Shown: positions 1-11,573, counted from the first letter of the stretch. The stretch: DNA of 64,000 nt from Alphaproteobacteria bacterium (GCA_965242495.1 OZ251446.1:458732-522731), one strand, 5' to 3'. Notes: generated by a model not told the origin, from the letters alone. A program made the numbers and translations.

Positions 1-778
1 CACCCGCGACCGGTGGTCCCTGCGCGAGGCGATCGAGGGCTATGCCCGCCACGGCGTGCGGGCGATCTGTGTATGGCGGGACAAGCTGGCGGCCTGCGGC
101 GTAGACGATGCCGTCCGGCTGCTCGACGACCACGGCATGACCGTGACCGGGTTGTGCCGGGGCGGGGCGTTCACCGGGCCGAGCCCGGCCGAGCGCCGCG
201 CCGCGCTCGACGACAACCGCCGCGCCGTGGACGAAGCAAGGGCCATCGGCGCCGCCTGCCTCGTCCTCGTCGCCGGCGGCCCGCCCGAAGGCTCGCGTGA
301 CTTGGCCGGAGCGCGGGAGCGCGTCCGCGACGGCATCGCCTCGCTCCTCGACCACGCCCGCGCCGCCGGCGTGCCGCTCGCGATCGAGCCGCTGCATCCG
401 ATGCAGCTGCATCGCGCCTGCGTCAACACCCTGGCGCAGGCCAACGGACTGTGCGACGAACTCGGCGCGGGGCTCGGCGTCGCCGTCGACGTCTACCACG
501 TCTGGTGGGATCCCCGGCTGGAGGCCGAGATCGACCGCGCCGCCGGTCGTATCCTCGCATTCCACGTCTGCGACTGGCTCATTCCCACGACCGATCTTCT
601 GCTCGACCGCGGCATGATGGGCGACGGCGTGATCGACATCCCGCGCATCCGCGCATGGGTCGAACGCGCCGGCTATGCGGGCTTCAACGAGGTCGAGATC
701 TTCTCCCGCAGCTGGTGGCGGCGCGACCCGGACGAGGTGGTGCGGATCTGCATCGAACGCCACCGGACCTGCGTCTGA
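1..778 (+). CDS. sugar phosphate isomerase/epimerase (xylose-isomerase-like TIM barrel); 5' end lies upstream of window
   Basis: In-frame translation is open from base 2 (…WSLREAIEGYARHGVRAICVWRD…) into listed ORF 56..778. The xylose-isomerase-like fold signature and length imply the start lies upstream of the window. Confidence 0.65.
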   Translation, partial: TRDRWSLREAIEGYARHGVRAICVWRDKLAACGVDDAVRLLDDHGMTVTGLCRGGAFTGPSPAERRAALDDNRRAVDEARAIGAACLVLVAGGPPEGSRDLAGARERVRDGIASLLDHARAAGVPLAIEPLHPMQLHRACVNTLAQANGLCDELGAGLGVAVDVYHVWWDPRLEAEIDRAAGRILAFHVCDWLIPTTDLLLDRGMMGDGVIDIPRIRAWVERAGYAGFNEVEIFSRSWWRRDPDEVVRICIERHRTCV

Positions 779-843
779 CGCGCTGGCCCCGCCATCCGAT
801 CGGCGCTAGCATCCCGCGCGTGAGCCGTATCGGAGGGGATGCG

Positions 844-1995
844 ATGCCCGAGCCGTCCAGCGCCGCCGCCGGCGACAACAGGGACGCGCGCCTCGCCGCG
901 CTGTACGCCCGGCTCGACGAGCTCGATCTCGCGCCCTACTGGGCGGTCGAGAGCGGCCGGGAAGAGCATGACGAGGACGCGCAGGTCCTCAAATCGCGCA
1001 AGGCGGTCCCCTATGTCTGGAAGTACGCCGACATCGAGCCTTGCCTGCACCGGGCGGCGGAGCTGGTGTCGATGGACGATTCCGAGCGCCGCTCGATCGT
1101 ACTCGTCAATCCCGGGCTCGCCCCGGTGCGGGCGACGGTGACGACGCTCTATACCGCCTATCGGCTGAACGACCCGCGCGAGGTCATGCCGCCCCACCGC
1201 CACAGCATCAACGCGGTGCGAATCGGCCTGACGGGCGAGAGCAATTTCACCGGCGTCGAGGGCGAGGACATCGTCTTCGGGCCGGGCGATCTGGTGCTGA
1301 CGCCGGCGGATGCGTGGCACAATCACGGCAATCGGGGCGACGACTTCGCGGTCAATGTGAGCGTCCTCGACTTGCCGCTGTCGGAGGTGCTCAACTCGGC
1401 GAGCTTCGAGCACGGCTATGCCGAGAAGCAGGACGGCGCGCTCGTCCGGCGGCGGGAGCAGACCGCGCGCTACGCCGACGATTACTCGCATCGGGTTTAC
1501 GGCCGGGGCGGCTTGGTTCCGCGTTTCGTCAACCACGACCGCGGCGCCGGCAGGCACTCGCCGATGTACGTCTATCGCTGGGAGCGCACGCGCGAACTTC
1601 TGGAGTCGTTTCGCGACCATGACGGCAGCCCTTACGACGGCGTGACGGTCGAATACGTCGATCCGCTGACCGGGCGCGCGGCCTACCCGACGATGACCTT
1701 CTTCGGCCAGCTGCTGCGCCCCGGCGAACGCACGCTGCCGCAGAAGCAGAATGCGAGCCTCGTCTGCTTCCCGTTCCAGGGCGGCGGCCATAGCCGGGTC
1801 GGCGGAAAGCGCCTCGACTGGGAGCGGTTCGACGCCTTCGCCGTCCCCGGCGGCGAATGGTGCGAGCACGTCAACGGCTCGCAGTCGGACGATGCGGTGT
1901 TGTTCGTCGTCAGCGACGAGCCGACGCTCCGCGCCCTCGGCTTCTACGCCCGTTTCGGCCGTTCGCCGAACGGCGAGACGGTGCGCTTGGCGTAG
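844..1995 (+). CDS. gentisate 1,2-dioxygenase (bicupin)
   Basis: Frame of ORF 451..1995; ATG at 844. Cupin His motifs (PPHRHS, AWHNHGN). 383 aa, typical for gentisate 1,2-dioxygenase. Confidence 0.75.
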   Translation: MPEPSSAAAGDNRDARLAALYARLDELDLAPYWAVESGREEHDEDAQVLKSRKAVPYVWKYADIEPCLHRAAELVSMDDSERRSIVLVNPGLAPVRATVTTLYTAYRLNDPREVMPPHRHSINAVRIGLTGESNFTGVEGEDIVFGPGDLVLTPADAWHNHGNRGDDFAVNVSVLDLPLSEVLNSASFEHGYAEKQDGALVRRREQTARYADDYSHRVYGRGGLVPRFVNHDRGAGRHSPMYVYRWERTRELLESFRDHDGSPYDGVTVEYVDPLTGRAAYPTMTFFGQLLRPGERTLPQKQNASLVCFPFQGGGHSRVGGKRLDWERFDAFAVPGGEWCEHVNGSQSDDAVLFVVSDEPTLRALGFYARFGRSPNGETVRLA

Positions 1996-2007
1996 GGTCG
2001 CCGCAGC

Positions 2008-3489
2008 TCAGAACAGTTCGAAATACTCCCGCTGCTCCCAGTCCGTGACCTCGGACAGGTAGCGGGCGACCTCGGCCTGTTTGATCGCGAGCAGGTAGTC
2101 GATGAAGGTCGCGCCGAACTTCGTCGCCAATCGCCGGTCGGCGCGGAGAGCGTCGAGCGCCTCCATCAGGCTGCCCGGCAGGGCCTCGGCGTCGCTCTCG
2201 TAGGGCGAGTCGGTGGGCGGCGGCAGGTCGAGCGCGCGCTCGATTCCGTCCAGCCCGGAGAAGATCTGCGAGGCCAGGTAGAGGTATGGGTTGGCGGCCG
2301 GCTCCCCGACGCGGTTCTCGAGCCGGGCGCCGGGGTCGCCCGCGCCGCCGATGACGCGGATCATCGCCCCCCGGTTGTCGATCGACCAGGACGCCCGGTC
2401 GGGGGCCAGCGAATAGGGCTTGAACCGCTTGTAGCCGTTGATCGTCGGCGTCGTGAACACCGACGCCGCGCGCGCATGTCGCACCAGCCCGGCGGCGAAG
2501 CGCCGGCCGATAGGCGACAGCGCCTCGCCGCCGTCGTCGCTCCCGTCGCCATCGCCCGCCGGCGTGAAGGCGTTGGCGCCCGACGCTCGCTCCCGCAGCG
2601 ATTGGTGCAGGTGCCAGCCGCTGGAGAACAGGTTGGCGAGGCCGGGCCGACACATGAAGGTCGCGTGATAGCCGCGCCGACGGCAGATCTGCTTCACGGC
2701 GCTGCGGAACAGGACCATCGTGTCGGCGGATTCGAGGCCCGCGCCCGGCTTGAAGGTGAACTCGCACTGGCTGGGGCCGAACTCGACCTCGATGGAGCGC
2801 AGCGGCAGGCCGAGCGCGGCGAGATCGCGCCGGAGAAATTCGAGCACCGGGTCGAGCTCGTCCATGCGCAGTTCGGTCAGGTACTGGAAGCCATGCGCCA
2901 GCAGGCCGACTTCGGGCGGTGCGGCCGGCTGCCCGGCATCCTCCGGGCGCAGCTTGGGATCTTCGAGCCGGAACAGGTGGAACTCGACTTCGAGCCCGGT
3001 GACGTAATCGAAACCCAACGCGCCGATCTCGTCGAGCGCGCCCCGCAGGATGCGCCGCGTATCGAACGGCACCGGCCGACCGTTGGCGAAATAGGCGTCG
3101 CACAGCATCCAGCCGGTGCCGGGCGCCCAGGGCAGGACGCGGAAGCTCCGCGCGTCCGGCACCATGACGAAATCGCCGCCGCCGGTCATCTCCGGCATGT
3201 CGAAGCCGCCGCCCGCGGTGAACACGGGGTAGACGGTGCGGTGCGACGTGTCCTTGGCCAGCAGCGTCGTCGTCATGGCGCAGCCGTTGCGCATCGCCGC
3301 ATCGAGCTCGTCGGCGACGATGCTCTTGCCGCGCAGGATGCCGTGCTGATCGGCGAAGGAAAGCCGAACCAGATCGAGCCCGCGCCGCCGCGTCTGGTCG
3401 AGCGCGTCTCGCACGGCGTCGCCGTCGGCGTCGCCGCGCAGGCCGTGGCGGGCGACGAAGTCGGCCCGGCCGGTCGTGCCCTCGCGCAC
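2008..3489 (-). CDS. glutamine synthetase family protein (GlnA-like gamma-glutamyl-amine ligase)
   Basis: Frame of ORF 2008..4437. GS N-terminal beta-grasp (DLVRLSFADQHG) and catalytic domain (ENRVGEPAANPYLYLA). Proposed GTG start at 3489 with AAGG 5 nt upstream, 14 nt after the upstream gene stop. The 5' extension of the ORF is GC-frame artefact. Confidence 0.7.
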   Translation of the reverse strand: MREGTTGRADFVARHGLRGDADGDAVRDALDQTRRRGLDLVRLSFADQHGILRGKSIVADELDAAMRNGCAMTTTLLAKDTSHRTVYPVFTAGGGFDMPEMTGGGDFVMVPDARSFRVLPWAPGTGWMLCDAYFANGRPVPFDTRRILRGALDEIGALGFDYVTGLEVEFHLFRLEDPKLRPEDAGQPAAPPEVGLLAHGFQYLTELRMDELDPVLEFLRRDLAALGLPLRSIEVEFGPSQCEFTFKPGAGLESADTMVLFRSAVKQICRRRGYHATFMCRPGLANLFSSGWHLHQSLRERASGANAFTPAGDGDGSDDGGEALSPIGRRFAAGLVRHARAASVFTTPTINGYKRFKPYSLAPDRASWSIDNRGAMIRVIGGAGDPGARLENRVGEPAANPYLYLASQIFSGLDGIERALDLPPPTDSPYESDAEALPGSLMEALDALRADRRLATKFGATFIDYLLAIKQAEVARYLSEVTDWEQREYFELF

Positions 3490-3503
3490 CGCCTTGCCGC
3501 CGT

Positions 3504-4853
3504 TCAGGCCGCTTCGCCCGGGACCGGCCCGATGGGAGTCGCCCAGGGCGACCGGTCGCGGCGTTCGCGGTCGCGCGCAGCCCAGAATCCCGGCCCGTCC
3601 CCGACGCCGCCGATAGCGTCGATCGCGACCGGACCCCGCAGCCGGGACGCCGCCCCGCCGTCGGGCGGCGTCGGCGCATCCGCGGCCGCGCTCTCGATCG
3701 CCCGCAGCAGCATCCGTCGGCAGGCCGCGATCGCCTTGTCGGTGGTGGCGAGATTCTCGGCCGTCCGGTCGGCGATCGCGCCCAGCGATTCGACCGCCCA
3801 TTGGTCGTGGACGTTGATGTCGGCTCCCATCCCCGTATAGGTGCGGTCGCGCTGCTCCGCCGGGTCGAAGCCGTAATCGTTGGCGCGGTTGCGGCGCGGC
3901 ATGTAGTCGGGGAGGGTATAGAGTTCCAGCCTCTGCCGGCGCATGAGCGCCTTGTCGACCCGGTGCTCGAAAGCGGAGAAGATCGCGTACCACCAGCTGC
4001 GCCGGTCGTCGATCGGGACATGCCACTGCGTGATCGTCATGTCGCCGCTCATCGGGATCGCGATGGCGTTGGGGAAGACCAGGTTGGTGACCCGGACATG
4101 CGTGAACGCCTCGTCGAGTGTCCGCGAGGCGAGGATGCGGAGGCCGTGATCCGCCGGCGCGACCTCGATCTTCGGGCGCGGATATTCGCGCAGCAGGCGG
4201 GTCAGGGGCATGGTCGCCAGTGCGGTGCGGTCGCGGAACTGCCGGCCGTAACCCTCCTCCGGGTCGTCGTCGTCGAGGAAGCGGTGCAGGAACGAGGCGT
4301 GCGCCGGGTCGATGCCGACCTCGAGCGCCTGCAACCAGTTGCAGTCGAGGAAACCCTTGAAGGCGAAGCAGTATTCCGCCGGCGCGGCGAAACAGTCGAA
4401 GCCCGGGAAAGGGGGCGGCGCGCCGGATCCCAGCCAAGCGAAGACGATCCCGTTACGCTCTCTGCACGGATAGGCGCGGTGCGCGATCTTGGTGTGGAAG
4501 TCGCTCCCCGGCGGCTCGGCCGGCTGCTCCAGGCAGCGCCCGGCGTCGTCGAACAGCCAGCCGTGGAACGGACAGCGGAGACCGCCATCCTCGAGCCGGC
4601 CGAAGCCCAGATCCGCGCCGCGATGCGGGCAGCGCCGGCCGATCAGCCCGTATCGCCCCCCGCCGTCCCGGAACAGAACCAGGTCCTCGTCCATCAGGCG
4701 GAGCGCCTTGAGCGGGCGTTCGCCGGCCAACTCCTCGGTCAACGCCGCCGGTTGCCAGACTTGGCGCATCACCCCGCCGCACGGGGTCCCCGATCCGGTT
4801 CGGGTGACCAGCTCGTTCTGGTCCGCGTTCAGCATCGGCGCAGCATTCCACAT
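3504..4853 (-). CDS. Rieske (2Fe-2S) aromatic ring-hydroxylating oxygenase alpha subunit
   Basis: CPHRGADL…CPFHGW Rieske motif. ATG at 4853 (alternative ATG at 4835). About 449 aa. No beta-subunit gene adjacent, as in phthalate-family class IA enzymes. Confidence 0.8.
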   Translation of the reverse strand: MWNAAPMLNADQNELVTRTGSGTPCGGVMRQVWQPAALTEELAGERPLKALRLMDEDLVLFRDGGGRYGLIGRRCPHRGADLGFGRLEDGGLRCPFHGWLFDDAGRCLEQPAEPPGSDFHTKIAHRAYPCRERNGIVFAWLGSGAPPPFPGFDCFAAPAEYCFAFKGFLDCNWLQALEVGIDPAHASFLHRFLDDDDPEEGYGRQFRDRTALATMPLTRLLREYPRPKIEVAPADHGLRILASRTLDEAFTHVRVTNLVFPNAIAIPMSGDMTITQWHVPIDDRRSWWYAIFSAFEHRVDKALMRRQRLELYTLPDYMPRRNRANDYGFDPAEQRDRTYTGMGADINVHDQWAVESLGAIADRTAENLATTDKAIAACRRMLLRAIESAAADAPTPPDGGAASRLRGPVAIDAIGGVGDGPGFWAARDRERRDRSPWATPIGPVPGEAA

Positions 4854-4888
4854 GTCCGGTCCGCTGTCACGATTGCGCGTCCGCGGGG

Positions 4889-6166
4889 TCAGCGGGGCTT
4901 CGGTTCCGGTCCGCGGCCGCGGCCGATGGCGCCGTCGCCGAACTTCTCGCGCACGGCGTCGATTGCGCGCTCCACCGTTTTGCGCCGGACCGCCCCGGCG
5001 TCCGCGAGGTTCTCGGGGTCGGCCTCCGCGGGCGTCGCGTAACGCGATACGCCGACGCCGATCAGGCGGAACCGCACGCCGTCGGCCTCGGCGTCCAGCA
5101 GCCGCGCCGCCGCCCGGTAGATGCTGTCGGCGAGCTGGGTGGGGTCGGTCAGCGTCGCCGAGCGCGTGCGCAAGCGGCGGTCGGCCGATTTGAGTTTGAG
5201 CGTCACCGTGCGACCGGACAACGCATTCGTCTTGAGCCGTGCCGAAACCGCCTCGCATAACGGCCACAACTCCCGCCGCAACGCCTCCCGGTCGGCGATG
5301 TCCTCGGCGAAGGTCCGTTCGGCGGACAGGCTCTTGCGTTCGCCGTCATGGCCGACCGGGCGCGGGTCGATGCCGCGGGAGAAGCGGGCGAGCCTGCGGC
5401 CGAGCGCGCCGTAGCGTCGGGCCAGGGCCGCTTCGGACAAGACCTGGAGGTCGCCGACGCGCTCGATCCCATCGGCCTTGAGCCGGGCCCGCATGGTCGG
5501 GCCGACGCCCCAGAGGACGCCGACCGGCCGCCCGGCCAGGAACTCGACCGCCTCGGCGCGGCCGACGACCGCATATCCCCGCGGCTTGTCGAGCGCCGAA
5601 GCGACCTTGGCCAGGAACTTGTTGTAGCTGAGTCCGACGGAGACGGTGAGCTCCAGCCGCCGCTCGATCCGCAAGGCGAGGCGGGCGAGCGAACGCGCGG
5701 CGGAGCCTGCGTGCAGGCGTTCGGTGCCGGCCAGGTCGAGGAACGCCTCGTCGATCGAGATCGGCTCGACCAGCGGCGTGACCTCGCGCATCAGCGCGCG
5801 CACGTCGTCGGCGACGCGAGCGTATTTCGCCATGTCCGGTCGGATCACCACCGCATCGGGGCAGGCTGCGAGCGCCTTGAACATCGGCATCGCCGAACGC
5901 AGCCCGTAGCCTCGGGCGATGTAGCAGGCGGCCATGACCACGCCGCGCTTGCCGCCGCCCCCGACGATGACCGGCTTGTCGGCGAGCGACGGGTCGGAGC
6001 GCTTCTCGACGCTGGCGTAGAAGGCGTCGCAGTCGAGATGGGCGATCGTGAGCGAGGCGAGCTCGTCGTGGCGGACGATGCGGCCGGAGCCGCAGGCGGG
6101 GCAGGCCGCGACCTCGCCTGCGGCTCCGGCCGTCTGCGCAAGGCAATCGCGGCACAGTGCGGCCAT
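4889..6166 (-). CDS. dinB: DNA polymerase IV with N-terminal CxxC…CxxC zinc-ribbon extension
   Basis: [21 protein letters not shown]…PVIVGG Y-family polymerase motifs. N-terminal CRDC…CPAC extension as in rhizobial DinB. Confidence 0.85.
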   Translation of the reverse strand: MAALCRDCLAQTAGAAGEVAACPACGSGRIVRHDELASLTIAHLDCDAFYASVEKRSDPSLADKPVIVGGGGKRGVVMAACYIARGYGLRSAMPMFKALAACPDAVVIRPDMAKYARVADDVRALMREVTPLVEPISIDEAFLDLAGTERLHAGSAARSLARLALRIERRLELTVSVGLSYNKFLAKVASALDKPRGYAVVGRAEAVEFLAGRPVGVLWGVGPTMRARLKADGIERVGDLQVLSEAALARRYGALGRRLARFSRGIDPRPVGHDGERKSLSAERTFAEDIADREALRRELWPLCEAVSARLKTNALSGRTVTLKLKSADRRLRTRSATLTDPTQLADSIYRAAARLLDAEADGVRFRLIGVGVSRYATPAEADPENLADAGAVRRKTVERAIDAVREKFGDGAIGRGRGPEPKPR

Positions 6167-6279
6167 GGCGGGACGATGCGGCGCGCGCGACGCGGCGTCA
6201 ACGGACGACGGCGGCGACGCGGCGGCGCAGCGCCCTTGGCGCGGGCGGGTTTTTTTGGCAGACAGAGGCCGGATCCGCG

Positions 6280-7971
<1,692 letters not shown>

Positions 7972-7999
7972 TCCCGGGGCCCCGGCGGAAGACGCGGCT

Positions 8000-8214
8000 G
8001 TCCTGGTCCAGACACATGTGAGACGCGGCCCATCGCGCCAGTCGATATCCGGTCTTTCCATGGCCGGAAGCCTGCTTACGGCCATGGATGCCTTCGGAGC
8101 CTCCGGGAGCGGCGGGTCACCCGAAGGGCCGGAGCATAGCGAAGGAGCCGCGAAGCGGCTTGACGCGCCGCTCCCAGAGGCCCACCCGGTGTCTCATATG
8201 TAGTGAACCCGGAC
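8000..8214. repeat. MITE-like element copy 1 (about 215 bp, roughly 24-bp imperfect terminal inverted repeats GTCCTGGTyCAGACACATGTGAGAC)
   Basis: Near-identical to 27394..27603. A 104-bp internally deleted copy is at 23934..24037. Listed ORFs across it (…SISGLSMAGS…) are artefacts. Confidence 0.6.
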
Positions 8215-8281
8215 AGCGGCTTGTCAGTCGCGCGGGATCGAGTCACGCTGCGCGAGGATGCGCCCCAAAGGGAGACTGCCG

Positions 8282-9325
8282 ATGCCAAGGATCGCGAATT
8301 CGCTCGGCCGCTGCGCTCTCGCCGCGGCGGTCTTCCTGGTCGCCGGTTACGACGGGGCGGCGGCGCAGTCCTTCGAGGACCGGACGATCAAGATCGTCAT
8401 CCCCTACGGGCCGGGCGGCACCTACGACAAGTACGGCCAGACCTTCGCCGACCATCTGGGGCGTCACCTCGCCGGCAAGCCGACCCTGATCGTCCAGCAC
8501 ATGCCGGGGGCCGGCGGAGCCAAGGCGATGAACTGGGCGTTCAACGCGATGCCGCGCGACGGCCTGCATCTGCTGACGCCGCTGGACAATTCGGTGGTCA
8601 ACCAGCTGATGCGGCCGAAGAAGATGCGCTACGACGCGCGCGGCTTCACATGGCTGGGCTCCAGCAACCAGACCAACATGGTGCTGGTCGTGCGCTCCGA
8701 TACCGGGGTCAAGTCGTGGAAGGACATGAAGACGATCCCGACCATCGGGGCCACCAGCGGCAAGTATTCCACCGGCTATATCGTGCCGATGCTGGCCAAG
8801 GGCCTGCTCGGCCTCAACCTCCGCATGGTGACGGGCTACAAGGGCTCGTCCCGGAGCATCCTCGCCGTCGAGCAGGGCGAGGCGCATATGGCCTCGTTCA
8901 ACTGGCTGGCCTGGAGCTCCAAGGTCCCGCAGTGGTTCGAGGGCGACGAGCCCTTCGCGCGCGCGATCATCCAGGTCGGCATCTTCCGGGATCCCGACTT
9001 GCCGCCCGAGGTCCCGATGCTGTCCGATCTGGTCGACGACCCGCTGGACAAGGCGGCGGTGAAGTTCATCGCGGTCGCGGGCCTGCTGGGCCGCGGGCTG
9101 GTCGCTCCGCCGGAAGCGCCCGAAGCGTCGATCGCCGCGCTCCGCGCCGCCTACGGCAAGATGAACGCCGACCCCGCCTTCGCCGCCGATCTCGAGAAGC
9201 GCCGCTTGCGCCTGATCCCGTCGGACGGAGCCAAGATCCAGCAGATCGTCGACCAGGCGGTCGCGGAGGCGTCGCCCAAGGTGGTGGCGCACGCCCGCAA
9301 GCTGATCTTCGGCGACGAGAAATAG
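8282..9325 (+). CDS. Bug-family (TctC-like) tripartite tricarboxylate transporter substrate-binding protein
   Basis: ATG at 8282 with AGGGAG upstream. Signal peptide. Bug/TctC family length and motifs (IVIPYGPGGTYDKYGQ). Confidence 0.8.
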   Translation: MPRIANSLGRCALAAAVFLVAGYDGAAAQSFEDRTIKIVIPYGPGGTYDKYGQTFADHLGRHLAGKPTLIVQHMPGAGGAKAMNWAFNAMPRDGLHLLTPLDNSVVNQLMRPKKMRYDARGFTWLGSSNQTNMVLVVRSDTGVKSWKDMKTIPTIGATSGKYSTGYIVPMLAKGLLGLNLRMVTGYKGSSRSILAVEQGEAHMASFNWLAWSSKVPQWFEGDEPFARAIIQVGIFRDPDLPPEVPMLSDLVDDPLDKAAVKFIAVAGLLGRGLVAPPEAPEASIAALRAAYGKMNADPAFAADLEKRRLRLIPSDGAKIQQIVDQAVAEASPKVVAHARKLIFGDEK

Positions 9326-9328
9326 CCG

Positions 9329-9364
9329 ACCGGGCGGGCGGCGAACTGCCCGTCGCCCGCCCGG
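9329..9364 (+). terminator. GC-rich hairpin downstream of Bug-family gene (no T-tract)
   Basis: CCGGGCGGGCG-N13-CGCCCGCCCGG, 11-bp stem, directly after the stop at 9325. Confidence 0.25.
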
Positions 9365-9389
9365 CGCCTGCGGCGCGGGGAGGAGCGCG

Positions 9390-9836
9390 GTGATCGACGT
9401 CGAGCGGGTGGACCATATCGGGGTACGGGTCGCCGATCTCGACCGCGCGCTGGCGTTCTACGAGATACTCGGCTTCCGCTTCGAATACGCGGCGGAGAAC
9501 GACGCCGTCGCGGTGGTCCGCAACGGGCGCGACGTGGAGCTCAACCTCGTCCACAACGCCAACAACCGGAATGGCGGCCGCAACGTGCTGATGGACGTGG
9601 AGGACAAGTATCCCGGTTACACCCATGTGGCGCTTCGGGTCGGGTCGATCGCGCGGACCATCGAGGCCCTCGGCCGCAACGGCGTCCGCATCACCCAGGG
9701 TCCGGTTTCGTTCGGCCGGGACGGACACGTCTCGGTCTTCGTGCGCGATCCGGACGGGAACGTCATCGAGCTGCGCGGACGCGCCGAGGATCCGTCCTCG
9801 ATCGCGGGCCTCACCGATTACGAAAACCGGAACTGA
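9390..9836 (+). CDS. VOC family protein (glyoxalase/bleomycin-resistance/dioxygenase fold)
   Basis: GTG start with GGGAGGAG upstream. VOC fold motifs (VDHIGVRVADLDRALAFY). Confidence 0.7.
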   Translation: MIDVERVDHIGVRVADLDRALAFYEILGFRFEYAAENDAVAVVRNGRDVELNLVHNANNRNGGRNVLMDVEDKYPGYTHVALRVGSIARTIEALGRNGVRITQGPVSFGRDGHVSVFVRDPDGNVIELRGRAEDPSSIAGLTDYENRN

Positions 9837-9850
9837 CGCGGCGCGCCCCG

Positions 9851-11569
9851 TCAGCCGCCGGCGAGAATCGTCGCCGCCACCTTCTCCGCGATCATGATCG
9901 TCGGGAGCGCCGTGTTGGCGCAGGGGACGGCGGGCATGATCGAGGCGTCGCAGACGCGGAGCCCCGCCACGCCGTAGACGCGGGCCGACGGGTCGGTGAC
10001 CGCGCCGGGGTCGTCCGCCGCGCCCATGCGGCAGGAGCAGGACGGGTGGTAATGGCCGAGGACGGTATCGCGAATCCACGACCGCATCGTCGAGTCGTCC
10101 CGGGCGAGGTCCTCGATCGTGGGCCCGTCGGCGATCAGCTTCCGGATCATCCAGCGGCGGAGCGGGCCCGAAGCGTCCATCAGCTGGCCGCCGAGCCAAG
10201 TCTGAGCGCGGTTGTAGCCGTTATGGACCGCGGCGCGGCGGGCGCGGTCGCTGTAGCTGATCGGAAAGACGTCGTGGGCGGCGTCGCGAAGCGCCTCCCG
10301 CGCCTGCAGGCGGATCATCAGCCGCGCGCCGATGGCCAGCCGCTCCAGGTCGCGCGGGTCCGAGCACATGTTGAAATCGACCTCGGGCGCCGCCGTCGGA
10401 TCGGCCCGGTCGAGCCGCACTTCGCCGGTCGAATAGGACTTGTTGACCCACAGCATCAGGAGACCGATCCGGCGGCCGACCGCGTGCCAGAAGGATTTAT
10501 TCATAGGAATCAAATACATGTCTCCGGTGGGGCAACCCTCGAGTCGGGACGACCAGCGGAGGCCGGCATACATGATCGGCAGGCGCAGGTCGGAGCCGAG
10601 CCTTGCGCCGCGCTTCATGTAGAAGCCGAAATTGACGCCGGGATGCTCCATCAGATGCTTGCCGACGCCCGGCCGGTCGGCCACGGGGGCGATGCCGCGC
10701 TCCGCCAGCTCCGCCGCCGGACCGATGCCCGAGCGCAGCAGCAAGGCGGGCGAGTGCAGCGCGCCGCAGGCGAGGATGATCTCGCCCGCATCCAGGTCGA
10801 GCCGGCGGCCGCGGCGGCGCGTCCGGACGCCGGTCGCGCGTCCGCCGGAGAACAGCAGACGTTCGGCCTGGGTTTCGCACGATATCTCCAGGTTGGCCCG
10901 CGCCCGCGCCGCGGCGGTGAGATACGCCGTCGCCGTCGAGACGCGCCGTCCTTCGACGCTCGACGTGGCCACCGGAAACCAGCCGTCGGAGAAGACCCCG
11001 TTCTTGTCGCCCAAGTCGCGCCAGCCTTCCTCGCGCGCCGCATCGACGAAGCCGCGGGTGAAACCGGGCCAGCATTCGGCCGGCGCGCGCCGGACCACCA
11101 TCGGGCCGTCCGCGCCGTGGAGCGGGCCGTCGAAGTCGACGTCGGTCTCGAGCTTGCGGAAATAGGGCAGCACGTCGTCCCAACCCCATCCGGCGGCGCC
11201 GCGCTCCGCCCAGCCGTCGTAATCGCTCGGCAGGCCGCGGATGGCGATCATGCCGTTGACCGCCGATCCGCCGCCGATGACGCGGCCCTGGGCGAAGCGC
11301 ACCCGGGGCCGGCGGTCGGGCGCATTGCCGGGGCGCGGCGAAAAGGCGACCAGCTGGCCGGGCCAGGTGAAGCGCGGGCTGCCGTGGGCCACGCCGGCGA
11401 ACAGGTTGCGCAGTTCGGGCGGCTCGCTCCCCGGCGCGAAGTCCTCGCCCGCCTCGATCAGGAGGACGCGGTTGGACCGCCGTTCGCTCAGCCGGGCGGC
11501 GAGGACGCAGCCGGCGGCCCCGGCGCCGACCACCACGTAGTCGAACCGGTCGCCGGCGGCGGGAGTCAA
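9851..11569 (-). CDS. GMC family oxidoreductase (choline-dehydrogenase-like FAD oxidase/dehydrogenase)
   Basis: N-terminal FAD motif DYVVVGAGAAGCVLAARLSE; 572 aa. 4 nt downstream of the UbiD-family gene. Confidence 0.85.
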   Translation of the reverse strand: MTPAAGDRFDYVVVGAGAAGCVLAARLSERRSNRVLLIEAGEDFAPGSEPPELRNLFAGVAHGSPRFTWPGQLVAFSPRPGNAPDRRPRVRFAQGRVIGGGSAVNGMIAIRGLPSDYDGWAERGAAGWGWDDVLPYFRKLETDVDFDGPLHGADGPMVVRRAPAECWPGFTRGFVDAAREEGWRDLGDKNGVFSDGWFPVATSSVEGRRVSTATAYLTAAARARANLEISCETQAERLLFSGGRATGVRTRRRGRRLDLDAGEIILACGALHSPALLLRSGIGPAAELAERGIAPVADRPGVGKHLMEHPGVNFGFYMKRGARLGSDLRLPIMYAGLRWSSRLEGCPTGDMYLIPMNKSFWHAVGRRIGLLMLWVNKSYSTGEVRLDRADPTAAPEVDFNMCSDPRDLERLAIGARLMIRLQAREALRDAAHDVFPISYSDRARRAAVHNGYNRAQTWLGGQLMDASGPLRRWMIRKLIADGPTIEDLARDDSTMRSWIRDTVLGHYHPSCSCRMGAADDPGAVTDPSARVYGVAGLRVCDASIMPAVPCANTALPTIMIAEKVAATILAGG

Positions 11570-11573
11570 CGAT

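Noticed and set aside
1910-4021. 703-aa minus-strand ORF (and 673..1869, 3801..5042, 2476..3840 etc.) overlapping the gentisate dioxygenase, GS-like and Rieske genes
   Set aside because: Arg/Ala/Pro/Gly-rich low-complexity translations typical of out-of-frame reading in about 70% GC DNA. No domain signatures. The alternative frames carry clear enzyme motifs.
8088-8489. ORFs across MITE copies (for example 7409..8203, 27183.. N-terminal part, 23595..24083)
   Set aside because: They run through inverted-repeat elements and lack RBS and domain support. Real flanking genes start after the element.
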